This document shows positions 8,924 through 18,896 of a stretch of DNA of 64,000 nt, one piece after another. The notes beneath the pieces were generated by a model. That model was given only the letters and a program-made list of their open reading frames with translations, made no database searches and was not told the DNA's origin. Both the position numbers and the translations under genes were made by a program. How positions within the stretch are numbered: the stretch's first letter is position 1; each line of letters opens with the position of its first letter. This DNA comes from Alphaproteobacteria bacterium (lineage in GTDB: Bacteria; Pseudomonadota; Alphaproteobacteria; SHVV01): positions 2,688,001 through 2,752,000 of the forward strand of contig OZ253470.1 of the NCBI GenBank assembly GCA_965261735.1, in the 5' to 3' direction.

Positions 8924-10120
8924 TCAGCGTAAGCCGAGTTCGCGGGCGACGATGCCGCGCAGGATCTCGCGCGTGCCGCCGCGCAGCGTGAACGAGGGGC
9001 CGGCCAGCATTGCGTCCGCCAGCAGCGCCGCGTACCGGTCGCCGCCGCCGGGCTCGGCCCGCCGGTCCACCAGTCTTCGGGCGACGTCGGGAATCTCGCG
9101 CTCGAGAGCGCCGCCCAGGTCCTTGACGATCGCCGCCTCAACGTCCGGTGCGGTGCTACCACCAAGCGCTCCGGCGATCGCCAACGACATCCGCCGCAGC
9201 GTCGCGATGTGAACGATCAGCCGGCCGACCTCGGCTCGCGCCTGCGGCGAGGCATCGGCACCGAGGCGGTCGACCAGCGCGACCAGGAGGGGAAAGGTGC
9301 TGAGAAAGCGTTCCGGGCCGCTGCGCTCAAAGGCGAGTTCCTCGGTCACCAGGCGCCAGCCGTCACCCGGCGCACCGAGGACGAATTCATCGGCGACGAA
9401 AACATCGTCGAATGTGATCTCGCTGAAGTCATGGCCCCCGGTGATGTCCCCGATCGACTTCGCTTCAACGCCGCCGGCGCTCATGTCGATGATGAGCTGC
9501 GACAGTCCCTCGTGGCGCTTGTCGCCGGGCGGCGCCGTTCGTACCAGGGCGATGACGTAGTGGGCGCGATGGCCGTGCGAGGTCCAGAGCTTGGAGCCAT
9601 TGACGCGCCAGCCGCCGTCGGCTTTGGCCGCACGGGTCCGCACCGCCGCGAGATCGGAGCCCGCGTCGGGCTCGCTCATGCCGATGCCGATACAGCACCG
9701 TCCGGCCGCAATCTGCGGCAAGATCCGGCGGCGCGCCGCCTCGCTACCGTGGCGCAGGATCTGAGGGCCGCTCTGGCGGTCGGCGACCCATTGCATACCC
9801 ACGGGTGCGCCCGCCGCGAGCATTTCCTCGCACACCACGTAGCGCTCGAGCGACGATCCGCCGCGGCCGCCATACGCCCGCGGGAGAGTAATCCCGACGA
9901 AGCCACGCTCGCCGCAGCGTCGTGTGAACGCCGCGTCGAAGCGGAGCCACGCGTTCACCTGCGCGGCGAAGCGTCCTTGCGACTGCTCCTGCGACAGGAA
10001 GGCGCGCACCTCGCGCCGAAGCGCTCGCGCCGTCGGCGGCAGGTCGGGCGCGTCGAAACCAAACCTCAAGCGGCTCGTCCTCTCCGGATCCGCGGAATGC
10101 GACTCCCTTCGGCGCCACAT
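8924..10120 (-). CDS. Acyl-CoA dehydrogenase
   Basis: IGMSEPDAGSDLA, NGSKLWTS, FTLRGGTREILRGIVARELG. Confidence 0.92.
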   Translation of the reverse strand: MWRRRESHSADPERTSRLRFGFDAPDLPPTARALRREVRAFLSQEQSQGRFAAQVNAWLRFDAAFTRRCGERGFVGITLPRAYGGRGGSSLERYVVCEEMLAAGAPVGMQWVADRQSGPQILRHGSEAARRRILPQIAAGRCCIGIGMSEPDAGSDLAAVRTRAAKADGGWRVNGSKLWTSHGHRAHYVIALVRTAPPGDKRHEGLSQLIIDMSAGGVEAKSIGDITGGHDFSEITFDDVFVADEFVLGAPGDGWRLVTEELAFERSGPERFLSTFPLLVALVDRLGADASPQARAEVGRLIVHIATLRRMSLAIAGALGGSTAPDVEAAIVKDLGGALEREIPDVARRLVDRRAEPGGGDRYAALLADAMLAGPSFTLRGGTREILRGIVARELGLR

Positions 10121-10170
10121 GGTATACGCGATGGTCGCCTAAATATAATGCAGGCATCGAGGGAGCACAC

Positions 10171-10647
10171 ATGAGCGCTACGCACGAGCCGCAAAGCTGC
10201 ATTCGCTGCGCGATTACCGATCTCGTGAGCCGCTACGCGCACGTCATCGATCGCGCCGGTACGGACGCTGCGGCGGAACTCAGCTCGCTCTTCGTCGAGG
10301 ACGCGACCTTCGACATTGCGCCCCGACCGGAGGGCTCGGCCCTTCCCGCGCGTGGAGCCACGGCAATCGCCCGGCTCATGGTCGGTCGACGCGACGCGGG
10401 CGACGCGCTCGCGAAGCGACGGCACCTGATGTCGAGCGTCCTGGCCGATGACTTGACCGAGTCGCGCGCCCGCGTCAGTTCGGTACTGACGCTCATGAGG
10501 CTCGATCAGCCGGTACCGACGATCGTCAACACGGGCTTCTACGACGATATCGTCGTCCGCGGCGACGACGGGCGTTGGCGCTTCGAGAGCCGCTTTCTCA
10601 CCATGGAGTATGTCTTGGCCAAGCGTCCCCCGATGGATACGGGGTAG
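10171..10647 (+). CDS. SnoaL/NTF2-like protein
   Basis: AITDLVSRYAHVIDR...LFVEDATF...RRHLMS...TGFYDDIVVR..DGRWRFESR. Confidence 0.8.
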   Translation: MSATHEPQSCIRCAITDLVSRYAHVIDRAGTDAAAELSSLFVEDATFDIAPRPEGSALPARGATAIARLMVGRRDAGDALAKRRHLMSSVLADDLTESRARVSSVLTLMRLDQPVPTIVNTGFYDDIVVRGDDGRWRFESRFLTMEYVLAKRPPMDTG

Positions 10648-10809
10648 GCGCGCTCACACCGTGAGGTGCGCCGTCATGCCCGGTCAAGCGCGGCGGTTTG
10701 CGCGCCTCTCATATCCGTATATCATCCGCGCGCTATTTCCGTTGCACACGTTATTCGCGACCGCCGGCGAGCGTAGAACCGGTCGGATGTTAAATCAGGA
10801 GGACCACCC

Positions 10810-11880
10810 ATGAAGATAGGTAAGCGTACCTTTAGGCTATTGGCGTCGCTCGCTCTGGGCGTGTTTTTCGTCGTCGCCCAGTCCTTGGGCGCTGACGTGC
10901 AAGCCCAGAAGCTCAGCGGCCAGATCGTGTTCGGCGGCGCCGGCGGCACGCCGGGCAAGATGTTCCGCGAGGACTTCATTCCGGCGTTCGAGAAAGAGAC
11001 CGGCGTCAAGGTCGTCTACGTGACCGGAACGCTCCAGCAGCACTTCGCACGGATTACGGCGCAGCCGGACAACCCGGAGTTCGACGCCGTGTGGTCCACA
11101 TTCTCCACACACAACCGCGGCAAAGCGGCCGGGGTATTCGCCGCGCTCGATGAAGCGAGCGTCCCCAACCTCAAGGACATCTATCCGCAGTTCCGCGACA
11201 GCGTCGGCGTCGCGTCCTCGAACAGCGCGGTCGGGATCGAGTTCAACACCGAGGCCTTCGCCAAAGCGGGTATCCCCAAGCCGCAGTCGTGGAGCGACCT
11301 CTGGGATCCTCGGCTCAAGGGACGCGTCGGTGTGTGGACCGTGGCCTCGACCTACGGCAGCACGATGATTCCGTTTATCGCTCAGCTCTACGGCTCCGGC
11401 GAGGACGACTACGCAACCGCCTTCGCGAAGCTGAAGGAACTGGCGGGCGGCGACACGCCGCTGCTTACTGCGCCGGCCGCGCTTGAGCCTTTGATCTCAC
11501 AAGGAACGATCTGGGTGACCCAGAACAGCGATGCGCGCACGTTCCAGGCCATTCGCAAGGGTCTGCCGGTCGAGTTCGTCGTCCCCAAGGAGGGGGCGAT
11601 CGGGCTCCAGAACTACTTCGACGTGCTCGCCAAGGCGAAGAACCCGGACGCGGCGCGCGGGTTCGTTAATCACCTTATCAGTGCCCAGTCGCAGACCACG
11701 TTCGCGAACAGGCTCGCCATCGGACCGACGAACTCGATGGTCAAGCTTGACGCCGACGTATCGGCCAGGGTCCTCGACAGCACGGAGGAGATGAAGACCC
11801 TTTTCATCCCCGACTACACCAAGCTGATCGCCAACCTGCCGCAGATCACCAAGGAGTTTAACGCGCAGATCGCGAGATAG
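10810..11880 (+). CDS. ABC transporter substrate-binding protein (PotD/polyamine-type family)
   Basis: Signal peptide, FIPAFEKETGVKV, PQSWSDLWDP.LKG, VEFVVPKEG; GGAGG RBS. Confidence 0.88.
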   Translation: MKIGKRTFRLLASLALGVFFVVAQSLGADVQAQKLSGQIVFGGAGGTPGKMFREDFIPAFEKETGVKVVYVTGTLQQHFARITAQPDNPEFDAVWSTFSTHNRGKAAGVFAALDEASVPNLKDIYPQFRDSVGVASSNSAVGIEFNTEAFAKAGIPKPQSWSDLWDPRLKGRVGVWTVASTYGSTMIPFIAQLYGSGEDDYATAFAKLKELAGGDTPLLTAPAALEPLISQGTIWVTQNSDARTFQAIRKGLPVEFVVPKEGAIGLQNYFDVLAKAKNPDAARGFVNHLISAQSQTTFANRLAIGPTNSMVKLDADVSARVLDSTEEMKTLFIPDYTKLIANLPQITKEFNAQIAR

Positions 11881-11955
11881 CGTTGGCGAGCGGGATCGGG
11901 ACCGCGGATCTTCGCGGCCCCGCTCGCGGACCGACGAGTTCGAATCTTGCCTGTC

Positions 11956-11990
11956 CCCGGGGTGTCGGTTAGTCCGACCGACACCCCGGG
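11956..11990. terminator. Intercistronic stem-loop after the substrate-binding gene
   Basis: CCCGGGGTGTCGGT-TAGTCCG-ACCGACACCCCGGG, a 14-bp perfect stem. Confidence 0.55.
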
Positions 11991-12192
11991 TGGGCGGGGT
12001 TTTCGGGTCGTTGCCATTTTGGCAAGTCGACTTGGGGCGCGTTGCATTTGGCCAGGGAGTTCGACACTGAGATCGCCTACGGGCGCCGGCGAACGAGATC
12101 GGAGTCTCGGATCAACACTTTCGGATTCGGTAGCAGGTGCGCCGCCGCGCGCCGGGAGCGACTCCGCTCGCGATAGCACCGCCGGAATCGCG

Positions 12193-13287
12193 TTGACGAC
12201 ACGGGGGCTCACCAAGTCCTACGGCGGAGTCACCGTGCTCCAGGCCGCCGACCTCGACGTGCACAGCGGCTCGCTCGTCTCGATTCTCGGTCCATCGGGC
12301 TCGGGCAAGACGACCCTGCTGCAGTGCATCGCCGGATTCGTGCAGCCGGACGCCGGCACGGTGCGCGTCGGCGGCCACGACGTGACCTGGGCGCCACCGC
12401 ACAAGCGCAACCTCGGGCTCGTGTTCCAGAGCCACGCGCTCTTCGGCCACATGAGCGTGCTCGACAACGTCGCGTTCGGATTGCGGATGCGCAAACAGAG
12501 CCGGGGGGACGCGCGCAGCGGGGCTCGAGACGCGCTGCGGCTGGTTCGCCTCGAGGGCTTCGAGGATCGCTATCCGCGCCAGCTCTCGGGCGGTCAACAG
12601 CAGCGCGTCGCGCTGGCGCGCGCTCTGGTCATCTCACCCTCGGCACTCCTTCTCGACGAACCTCTCAGCAGCCTCGATCGGGCGCTCCGCGATGAGTTGC
12701 GCTCGGAGATCAGACGCTTGCAGCTCTCGCTCGCGACACCAACCCTCTTCGTCACCCACGACCAGGAGGAGGCGCTGGCGATATCCGACCGCGTGGCCGT
12801 GATGAATGAGGGGCGAATCGAGCAGGTCGGGACCCCGGCCGAGCTCTACGACGTGCCGCGCACGCCGTTCGTCGCCAAGTTCCTGGGCTCGAGCAATGTT
12901 CTCGAAGGACGGTTCGTCGCGGACGGTGATCGCCCCGTCCTGCGCTGGGGTTCCCGGAGTCTTCCGACGCCGTCGCCTCAGGGGGCGGCGCGGCCTTCGC
13001 AGCAGGCCTCCATCGTCGTCAAGCCCGATACCATCGCGTTCACCGAATCCGCGACCGACATCCCAGAGGGGGTGGCGGTCGTTGATGGCGTGCTGATCCA
13101 ATCGGTCGAGTTTCTCGGCCGGGCGAGCCTCGTCACCTGCGAGATCGACGGTGTACAGTTGCGGGCGCGGGTGGGCCGAGGCGCACCCACGCCGGCTCCC
13201 GGCAGCACCGCCTGCATCTTCTGGGATCCGAGCGACAGCCACCTGATCTTGAGCCGCAGCGAGCCCGAAGACGAGGGCCCGGGGTGA
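12193..13287 (+). CDS. ABC transporter ATP-binding protein (PotA-like)
   Basis: GPSGSGKTT, LSGGQQQR, LLLDEP, TOBE-like tail; start uncertain. Confidence 0.92.
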   Translation: MTTRGLTKSYGGVTVLQAADLDVHSGSLVSILGPSGSGKTTLLQCIAGFVQPDAGTVRVGGHDVTWAPPHKRNLGLVFQSHALFGHMSVLDNVAFGLRMRKQSRGDARSGARDALRLVRLEGFEDRYPRQLSGGQQQRVALARALVISPSALLLDEPLSSLDRALRDELRSEIRRLQLSLATPTLFVTHDQEEALAISDRVAVMNEGRIEQVGTPAELYDVPRTPFVAKFLGSSNVLEGRFVADGDRPVLRWGSRSLPTPSPQGAARPSQQASIVVKPDTIAFTESATDIPEGVAVVDGVLIQSVEFLGRASLVTCEIDGVQLRARVGRGAPTPAPGSTACIFWDPSDSHLILSRSEPEDEGPG

Positions 13288-14147
13288 GCGCGGTCGCGCC
13301 GGAGTTTCGCCTTCGCCGGTCGGTCACGGATCGCCGCTTGCTCGTCGTGCCCGGCGTGACCATCGTCGTCGTGCTGTTCCTGGTCCCTGTGGGTTTCCTG
13401 ATTCGGCAGAGCATCGTCGGGCCGCAAGGGAGTTTCACCCTCGCCCACTATGGCGAGTTCTTCGGCGAGGCGCTGTACCAGCGGGTTCTCGTCCGCACCG
13501 CGGTGCTCAACGCAATCGTCGCGTTGATCGCCGCCGCGCTCGCCTACCCGGCGACGCTCTACCTGGCGACCCGGGCGGGCGCGTCGGCCCGTATCCTGCT
13601 CGGCCTGCTCACGCTTCCCTTGCTCGTCGGCGGCACCTCGCTCGCCTATGGCTGGGTGATCATGTTCTCTCGAAGCGGCCCGTTGGATCGCATGGCGGTC
13701 TCGCTGTTCGGCGGGTCGAATTTCGTCCTGATCAACAGCGAAGCCGGCATCGTCATCGGGTTGGTCCACATTCTGCTGCCGTTCATGACGTTCTCGCTCC
13801 TCGCCTCCTACGACCGTCTCGATTGGAACGCGGTCAGGGCCGCGCGCAGCCTCGGGGCCGGTCCGATCCAGACGTTCCTGCGGGTGACGCTGCCCATGAC
13901 CCGGCCCGGTCTGATCACGGGCATCGCCATCGTCTTCTCGCTCGGCGCCAGCACCTTCATCATTCCCTACCTCATCGGCGGCGCCCGCATCCTGCTCATG
14001 AGTACGCTCAGCTACCAGCAGAACGTCTCGCTTTTGGAGTACGGGTTCGGGAGTGCCATCGCGCTCGTGCTGGTCGGCATGACGGCCGTGATGGTCAGCC
14101 TGGTGTTGCTGTTCGAGCGCCAGGGCGGTGAGCAAAGCCATGAGTGA
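13284..14147 (+). CDS. ABC transporter permease (PotB-like)
   Basis: Multiple TM segments, AARSLGA..QTFLRVTLP EAA loop. Confidence 0.9.
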   Translation: MSAVAPEFRLRRSVTDRRLLVVPGVTIVVVLFLVPVGFLIRQSIVGPQGSFTLAHYGEFFGEALYQRVLVRTAVLNAIVALIAAALAYPATLYLATRAGASARILLGLLTLPLLVGGTSLAYGWVIMFSRSGPLDRMAVSLFGGSNFVLINSEAGIVIGLVHILLPFMTFSLLASYDRLDWNAVRAARSLGAGPIQTFLRVTLPMTRPGLITGIAIVFSLGASTFIIPYLIGGARILLMSTLSYQQNVSLLEYGFGSAIALVLVGMTAVMVSLVLLFERQGGEQSHE

Positions 14148-15006
14148 ACGGGCTCTACCCATTGCGTCCGGGCCATCGCTCGCGGTGCGCGCGGCCGTGC
14201 GCTTGCGGCGGCTCGCCCTACCCTCCTACCTGGTCTTGCTTGCCGCCTTCCTGCTCTCGCCCGTGATCGTTGTGATGGGTACCGCACTGACCGCGAGCCT
14301 CTTTCCGCGCTTCCCGCCCGACGGCCTCAGCCTGCAGTGGCTGAGGGAGGCCGTCGAGCGCCGCGAGTTTGTCGAGTCGTTCTGGATCAGCATTCGAATT
14401 GCGGTGGTCGTGACCCTGGTCGCGATCGTCGTCGGCACCGCGACCGCAATCGGACTGCTGCGGATGCGGGCGCGGGCACGCGCGGCGTTCTCGGTGGTGT
14501 TCCTGTCGCCGCTGATGTTTCCCAACATCGTCATCGGCATCGGCCTTCTGCAGTGGTTCATCTATCTCGGCGTCGTCCGCTCCCAATCGACCATCGTCGC
14601 CGGCCACCTCGTGGTTGCGCTACCGTTCGTCGTACGGCTCGTGATCGCCTCGCTGCTCGGCCATGCGGACCTCGAGGAGCGCGCCGCCCGCAGCCTCGGC
14701 GCCTCCAGCCTGCGCGCCTTCTTCGCGGTGACGCTGCCCAACATCCGGGCGGGCCTGATCGGCGCCGGCACGTTTGCGTTTATCGTCTCCTTCGCCGACG
14801 TGAACCTTTCCGTTTTCCTGTCGTCGATCCGGGTCCAGACTCTGCCGATCACGCTCATGGCCTATGTCGAGACCGAGCCCGACCCGATCGGCGCCGCCGT
14901 GTCCGCATGGATCGTGCTCATCGGCATCACGGCGCTGTTCGTCATCGACCGGGTGGTGGGACTGAGGTCACTCTCGGGGCGCGGAGGCGAGGCGGAGGTG
15001 CGCTGA
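14140..15006 (+). CDS. ABC transporter permease (PotC-like)
   Basis: SLQW, LEERAARSLGAS...VTLP, TLPI. Confidence 0.9.
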   Translation: MSERALPIASGPSLAVRAAVRLRRLALPSYLVLLAAFLLSPVIVVMGTALTASLFPRFPPDGLSLQWLREAVERREFVESFWISIRIAVVVTLVAIVVGTATAIGLLRMRARARAAFSVVFLSPLMFPNIVIGIGLLQWFIYLGVVRSQSTIVAGHLVVALPFVVRLVIASLLGHADLEERAARSLGASSLRAFFAVTLPNIRAGLIGAGTFAFIVSFADVNLSVFLSSIRVQTLPITLMAYVETEPDPIGAAVSAWIVLIGITALFVIDRVVGLRSLSGRGGEAEVR

Positions 15007-15047
15007 GCAGCGCATCAGATCGAAGCGATTTCGGAAAGGGGACACCC

Positions 15048-15539
15048 GTGAACAAAGATGCACCCGTGGCGGCGGGATCAGTCAGCGCAGACGCTTTCGT
15101 CGCCATCAGCGCGCTCGTCGCCGACTACGGCCTCGCCCTGGACGCCAGCGACTTCGAGCGCTTTCGAGGCATCTGGGCCAGGGATGCGCACTTCAACGCC
15201 GAGCCCGATCTCGGAGTCGTGCAAGTCCCGTTGGTCGGGCGCGACACCATCGTCGAGGCGTTCAAAGCGATGCGCCGAAAGCCCAGGGATCGTCGCACCC
15301 GCCACTACACGATAAACCTGCGCCTCGAGCCCGGCGAGCACGGCACCGTGCATGGCCTCTCGGCGTTGCTCGCCGTCGCGATGCTCAAGAGCGACGGCTC
15401 GCAGGTGGTTCACCGCACCGGGTGGTACCGGGACGTGTTCGCGCTCGAAGACGGCGCGTGGCGGGTGCAGAGCCGGCTCCTACAGTACGACGTGGCCGAT
15501 CCGGTAGTGCCGCCCGCCGCGAGCGAGGTCCAGTCATGA
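15048..15539 (+). CDS. SnoaL/NTF2-like protein
   Basis: AISALVADYGLALD..DFERFRGIWARDA...TRHYTIN...GWYRDVF..EDGAWRVQSR; GTG start. Confidence 0.8.
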   Translation: MNKDAPVAAGSVSADAFVAISALVADYGLALDASDFERFRGIWARDAHFNAEPDLGVVQVPLVGRDTIVEAFKAMRRKPRDRRTRHYTINLRLEPGEHGTVHGLSALLAVAMLKSDGSQVVHRTGWYRDVFALEDGAWRVQSRLLQYDVADPVVPPAASEVQS

Positions 15540-16378
15540 GCACGATCGACTTTCGCCTGCGGGCCGCAACGCCTGCCTTCGTCGCGCACCTTAGGTGGCG
15601 GACCGACAAGCACGCGCAGAAGGAATCGTCGCACGTGAGCGCGGCGATCGCGCGCGCGCTGCCGGTTCCCCAACTGATCGAGGCGATGGACGCCGCAGGA
15701 ATTTCGCTCGGCGTGTTCACCGGCCGCGACTGGGTCGGCGACGACGCCGATTGGCCGCTGACGAACGAATCGATCGCGCACGCCACCGCCGAATCGGCCG
15801 GCAGGCTGATCGGTTATGGCGGCGTCGATCCGCGCCGGCCCGACGTCGCCGAGCACTGCCGCCACTCCATCGGCCTCGGCCTCAAGGGCCTATGCGTCGA
15901 CGGGTTTGTGCTCGCCACGGGCCCCCACGATCCGGCGTTCTTTCCGGTCTACGAGGCGTGCCTCGAGCTCGACGTGCCGATCGTGATCACCGTCGGGGCC
16001 CTCCCCGGCGTGCCGGCGCCGATGTCGGCCTCGCACCCCCACAACATCGACGAGGTCGCGCGGCGCTATCCCGGCCTGCGCATCCTCGCATCGCACGCGG
16101 GCTGGCCCTACACCAGCGAAATGCTCGGGGTCGCCTTCAGGCACGACAATGTTTGGATTGAGAACTCGTTCTACCACTTCGCCCCCGGGGTTTCCGGGCT
16201 GATGGTCGAGGCGGCGAACGGCTGGCTCGCGGACCGCATCATGTACGCATCGGCCTTCCCCTCGGCTCCGCTGCGCGAAACCCTCGAAGCGTTCGCGGCA
16301 CTCCCCTTCACCGACGAGGCGCGGCGCAAGGTGCTGCACGACAACGCGGCCAGCTTCCTGAGCCTCGCCGACGCTTGA
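15536..16378 (+). CDS. Amidohydrolase_2 family protein
   Basis: AMDAAGI, PVYEACLELDVP, RYPGLRILASHAGWP, RIMYASAFP, KVLHDNAA. Confidence 0.85.
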   Translation: MSTIDFRLRAATPAFVAHLRWRTDKHAQKESSHVSAAIARALPVPQLIEAMDAAGISLGVFTGRDWVGDDADWPLTNESIAHATAESAGRLIGYGGVDPRRPDVAEHCRHSIGLGLKGLCVDGFVLATGPHDPAFFPVYEACLELDVPIVITVGALPGVPAPMSASHPHNIDEVARRYPGLRILASHAGWPYTSEMLGVAFRHDNVWIENSFYHFAPGVSGLMVEAANGWLADRIMYASAFPSAPLRETLEAFAALPFTDEARRKVLHDNAASFLSLADA

Positions 16379-16471
16379 GGGCGTCGTCCACGAGGGCTTA
16401 TTGGCGGAATGCCCGGGGCCTGCGAATTGGGTTAGAGTGTCGGGCGAAGCGGGAGGCGAGGGAGAGCGCCA

Positions 16472-17074
16472 ATGGTGACAGCGGAGGTTCGTTCCGAGGG
16501 CGAGTTGCGCGAGCGCTACGGCCAGCCGAGCGCGACGATCGTCAAGTTGAAGGGGAACCGGCTCGACGGGCACGCGCGCCACTTCATCTCGCTGTCGCCG
16601 TTCCTGGTGCTGGGGACGCTGGGAGATGTTTCGCCCAAGGGCGATGCGCCCGGGTTCGTTCAGGTCGTCGACGACGCGACGCTGCTCATACCCGACCGGC
16701 CCGGCAACAACCGGCTCGACTCGCTCGGCAACATTCTCGACAACCCGAGCGTCGGTTTGCTGTTCTTCGTCCCCGGATTCAACGAGACCCTGCGCATCAA
16801 CGGCACGGCTCGCATCACGACGGAGGAGGCGCGGTTAGCGCCGCTCGCCGTTCGCGGCAAGGTGCCGAAGGCCGCCATCGAGGTCGCGATCGCGGAGGCC
16901 TATTTCCACTGCGGCAAGGCGCTCATTCGCTCCAAGCTATGGAATGCGACCGAGCAGGTCGAGCGCAAGAGCTTCCCGGCGATGGGCCAGATCGTCGCCG
17001 ACCAGATCGCCGGACTCGATGCGGCCGAAGTCGAGGAGGGCTACCAGCAGGCGCTGCGCGAGCGCCTCTACTAG
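16472..17074 (+). CDS. Pyridoxamine 5-phosphate oxidase-like FMN-binding protein
   Basis: DVSPKGDAPGFV...LLIPDRPGNNRLDSL.NI..NP.VGLLF.VPG..ETLRING...YFHCGKA..RSKLW. Confidence 0.9.
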   Translation: MVTAEVRSEGELRERYGQPSATIVKLKGNRLDGHARHFISLSPFLVLGTLGDVSPKGDAPGFVQVVDDATLLIPDRPGNNRLDSLGNILDNPSVGLLFFVPGFNETLRINGTARITTEEARLAPLAVRGKVPKAAIEVAIAEAYFHCGKALIRSKLWNATEQVERKSFPAMGQIVADQIAGLDAAEVEEGYQQALRERLY

Positions 17075-17103
17075 CCTGAGCCCGACAAGACCAACGCCGC
17101 GGC

Positions 17104-18261
17104 CTACGCGGCTTCCCCGAACATGCGGTCGAGGTAGTAGTTGAGGGCGTGGTGGATGGGCTTTTCCACGTGCGACATGGGGCCGGGCTCGAACCATCGC
17201 GAGCCCGTCGCCCGCTGTAGCGACTGCACCATCTCGGTATCCTCGGCGATCGTGTCGATCGAGGTCTGGCAGTAGGTCTTCACCACGTCCTTGAAGTTGG
17301 GGAGCGTGAAGAAATCCTCGGGGAACAGGACGTAGAACATGAGCCGCAGCGAGCTCACCGAGGTCGGCCAGCAGACCAGAACCGAGACGTTGTCGACGTA
17401 GGTGAAGGTCTGCATGTTGGGAGCGAGGAAGCCCGCGTGCGCGAAGTCGTCCGGCTTGTCCTCGAGCCACGGCATCTTGCGGTCGAACCACAGCGTGCCC
17501 GCAGGCCCGCGCGGCGGCATCTGGTAGGAGAAGGTGTGGCCACCGCGCCGGCGCAGCTCGAACTCGACAGCGGCGGCCTCCCAGCCGTCCTTGCCCAGCG
17601 TCGTGTCGTGCAACGTGTTCACGTGGTAGTTGTCCATCGCGTTCTCGACGAACATTTTCCAGTTGCAGTCCATGTCGAGGACGAAGGTGTCGGCGAGGCG
17701 AAGCTTGTCCTGCCGGTAGATGGCGAAATCGCGCTCGAAGTCGGCGACGAAGTCGGCCAGGGGCTCGGCCTCGGGATCGAAGGAGATGAAAATCCAGCCG
17801 GCCCAGGCGTCGATCCGTAACGGGTGCAGCCGACAGCGCGAGGCATCGAAGGTCTCGGCCTGGTCCATGTAGGCGGCGCCGATGAGCCTGCCCTCGAGGT
17901 CGTAGGTCCAGCCGTGATAGGGGCATGAGAACTGGCGCGCGTTACCGCGCCCGTAGGCGACCTCGACACCGCGGTGGCGGCATTGGTTGGCGACGGCGTT
18001 GAGTGCACCGTCGGCGCCGCGCGTGACGAGGACCGGCTCGTCGACGACGGTGAGCGTCAGGTAGTCGCCGGGGTTTGCGAGCTCCTCGACGCGGCCGACG
18101 CAGAGCCAGTCCTTCATGAAGATCTTTTCCTTCTCCATGCGCAGGACCTCGGCCGAGCTGTAGATGTAGCCGGGTACGTGATGTGCCCGCTGTAGCGGAC
18201 CGCGCGTGGATGCCAAGCCTCCGCCCAGCGCCGCTCCTGTGGCCTGCTCGATTATGGCCAT
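17104..18261 (-). CDS. Rieske oxygenase alpha subunit (choline monooxygenase-like)
   Basis: CRHRG...CPYHGW; NWKMFVENAMDNYHVNTLH; ED...VQSLQR. Confidence 0.92.
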   Translation of the reverse strand: MAIIEQATGAALGGGLASTRGPLQRAHHVPGYIYSSAEVLRMEKEKIFMKDWLCVGRVEELANPGDYLTLTVVDEPVLVTRGADGALNAVANQCRHRGVEVAYGRGNARQFSCPYHGWTYDLEGRLIGAAYMDQAETFDASRCRLHPLRIDAWAGWIFISFDPEAEPLADFVADFERDFAIYRQDKLRLADTFVLDMDCNWKMFVENAMDNYHVNTLHDTTLGKDGWEAAAVEFELRRRGGHTFSYQMPPRGPAGTLWFDRKMPWLEDKPDDFAHAGFLAPNMQTFTYVDNVSVLVCWPTSVSSLRLMFYVLFPEDFFTLPNFKDVVKTYCQTSIDTIAEDTEMVQSLQRATGSRWFEPGPMSHVEKPIHHALNYYLDRMFGEAA

Positions 18262-18356
18262 TTTCCGTCCCTCCTCGCCCGAGGATGTCCGAGCACCCAT
18301 TGTAGGAACACGCGAGACAGCGGTCCAGAGAACACCGAAGTGCGATCCTCGCCTGG

Positions 18357-18545
18357 CTACTCCGCCTGCCTCGACGGGTACGGGACGCTGCCGTACGAGC
18401 AGTAGACGCAGCAATCGCCCTCCCGCAGCTTCAGCAAGGTGCCGCATCCCTCGCACTCGTAGAAGTATTGGCAAGAATCGGTCGGCATCGTTTCGGTCTT
18501 CTCGTGCCCGCAAGCCGGGCAGGTAATGGTCGATTCGAAGATCAT
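18357..18545 (-). CDS. GDCCVxC-domain small Cys-rich (seleno)protein family member
   Basis: MIFESTITCPACGHEKTETMPTDSCQYFYECEGCGTLLKLREGDCCVYCSYGSVP. Confidence 0.85.
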   Translation of the reverse strand: MIFESTITCPACGHEKTETMPTDSCQYFYECEGCGTLLKLREGDCCVYCSYGSVPYPSRQAE

Positions 18546-18896
18546 GTCGCGCCCCTCGCTCTCTACAACCGCCCTTGGGCTCGCGGCCCAGAAGCCGCAG
18601 AATCGCCGCAACCCTCGCGCCCTCGCGGTCGATGATGCCGTCGGGGCGCCGCAGCATGATGATGTCATAAGGGCGCCTCGACCACGATCTCGATGCCGAA
18701 CTTCTTAGCAAGCGCGGAACACGTTGGCGTGAAGAAGCCCTGCGGCCGGTGGATCAAATCGCCTGGGTTGCGTCCGGGGGCAAAGCGCCGCGGGCTCACC
18801 AATTCGTGTTCATGTCCCTGTTGCGCGTGCAACGCTCGGTCATCACGATGTCGCGCGCACGCTGCTGCGTGCCGTCAACGAAAGGGAGGCGACACC

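Noticed and set aside
18665-18765. Possible cupin C-terminal remnant (ALAKKFGIEIVVEAPL) on the minus strand
   Set aside because: Too short and degenerate to support a call.
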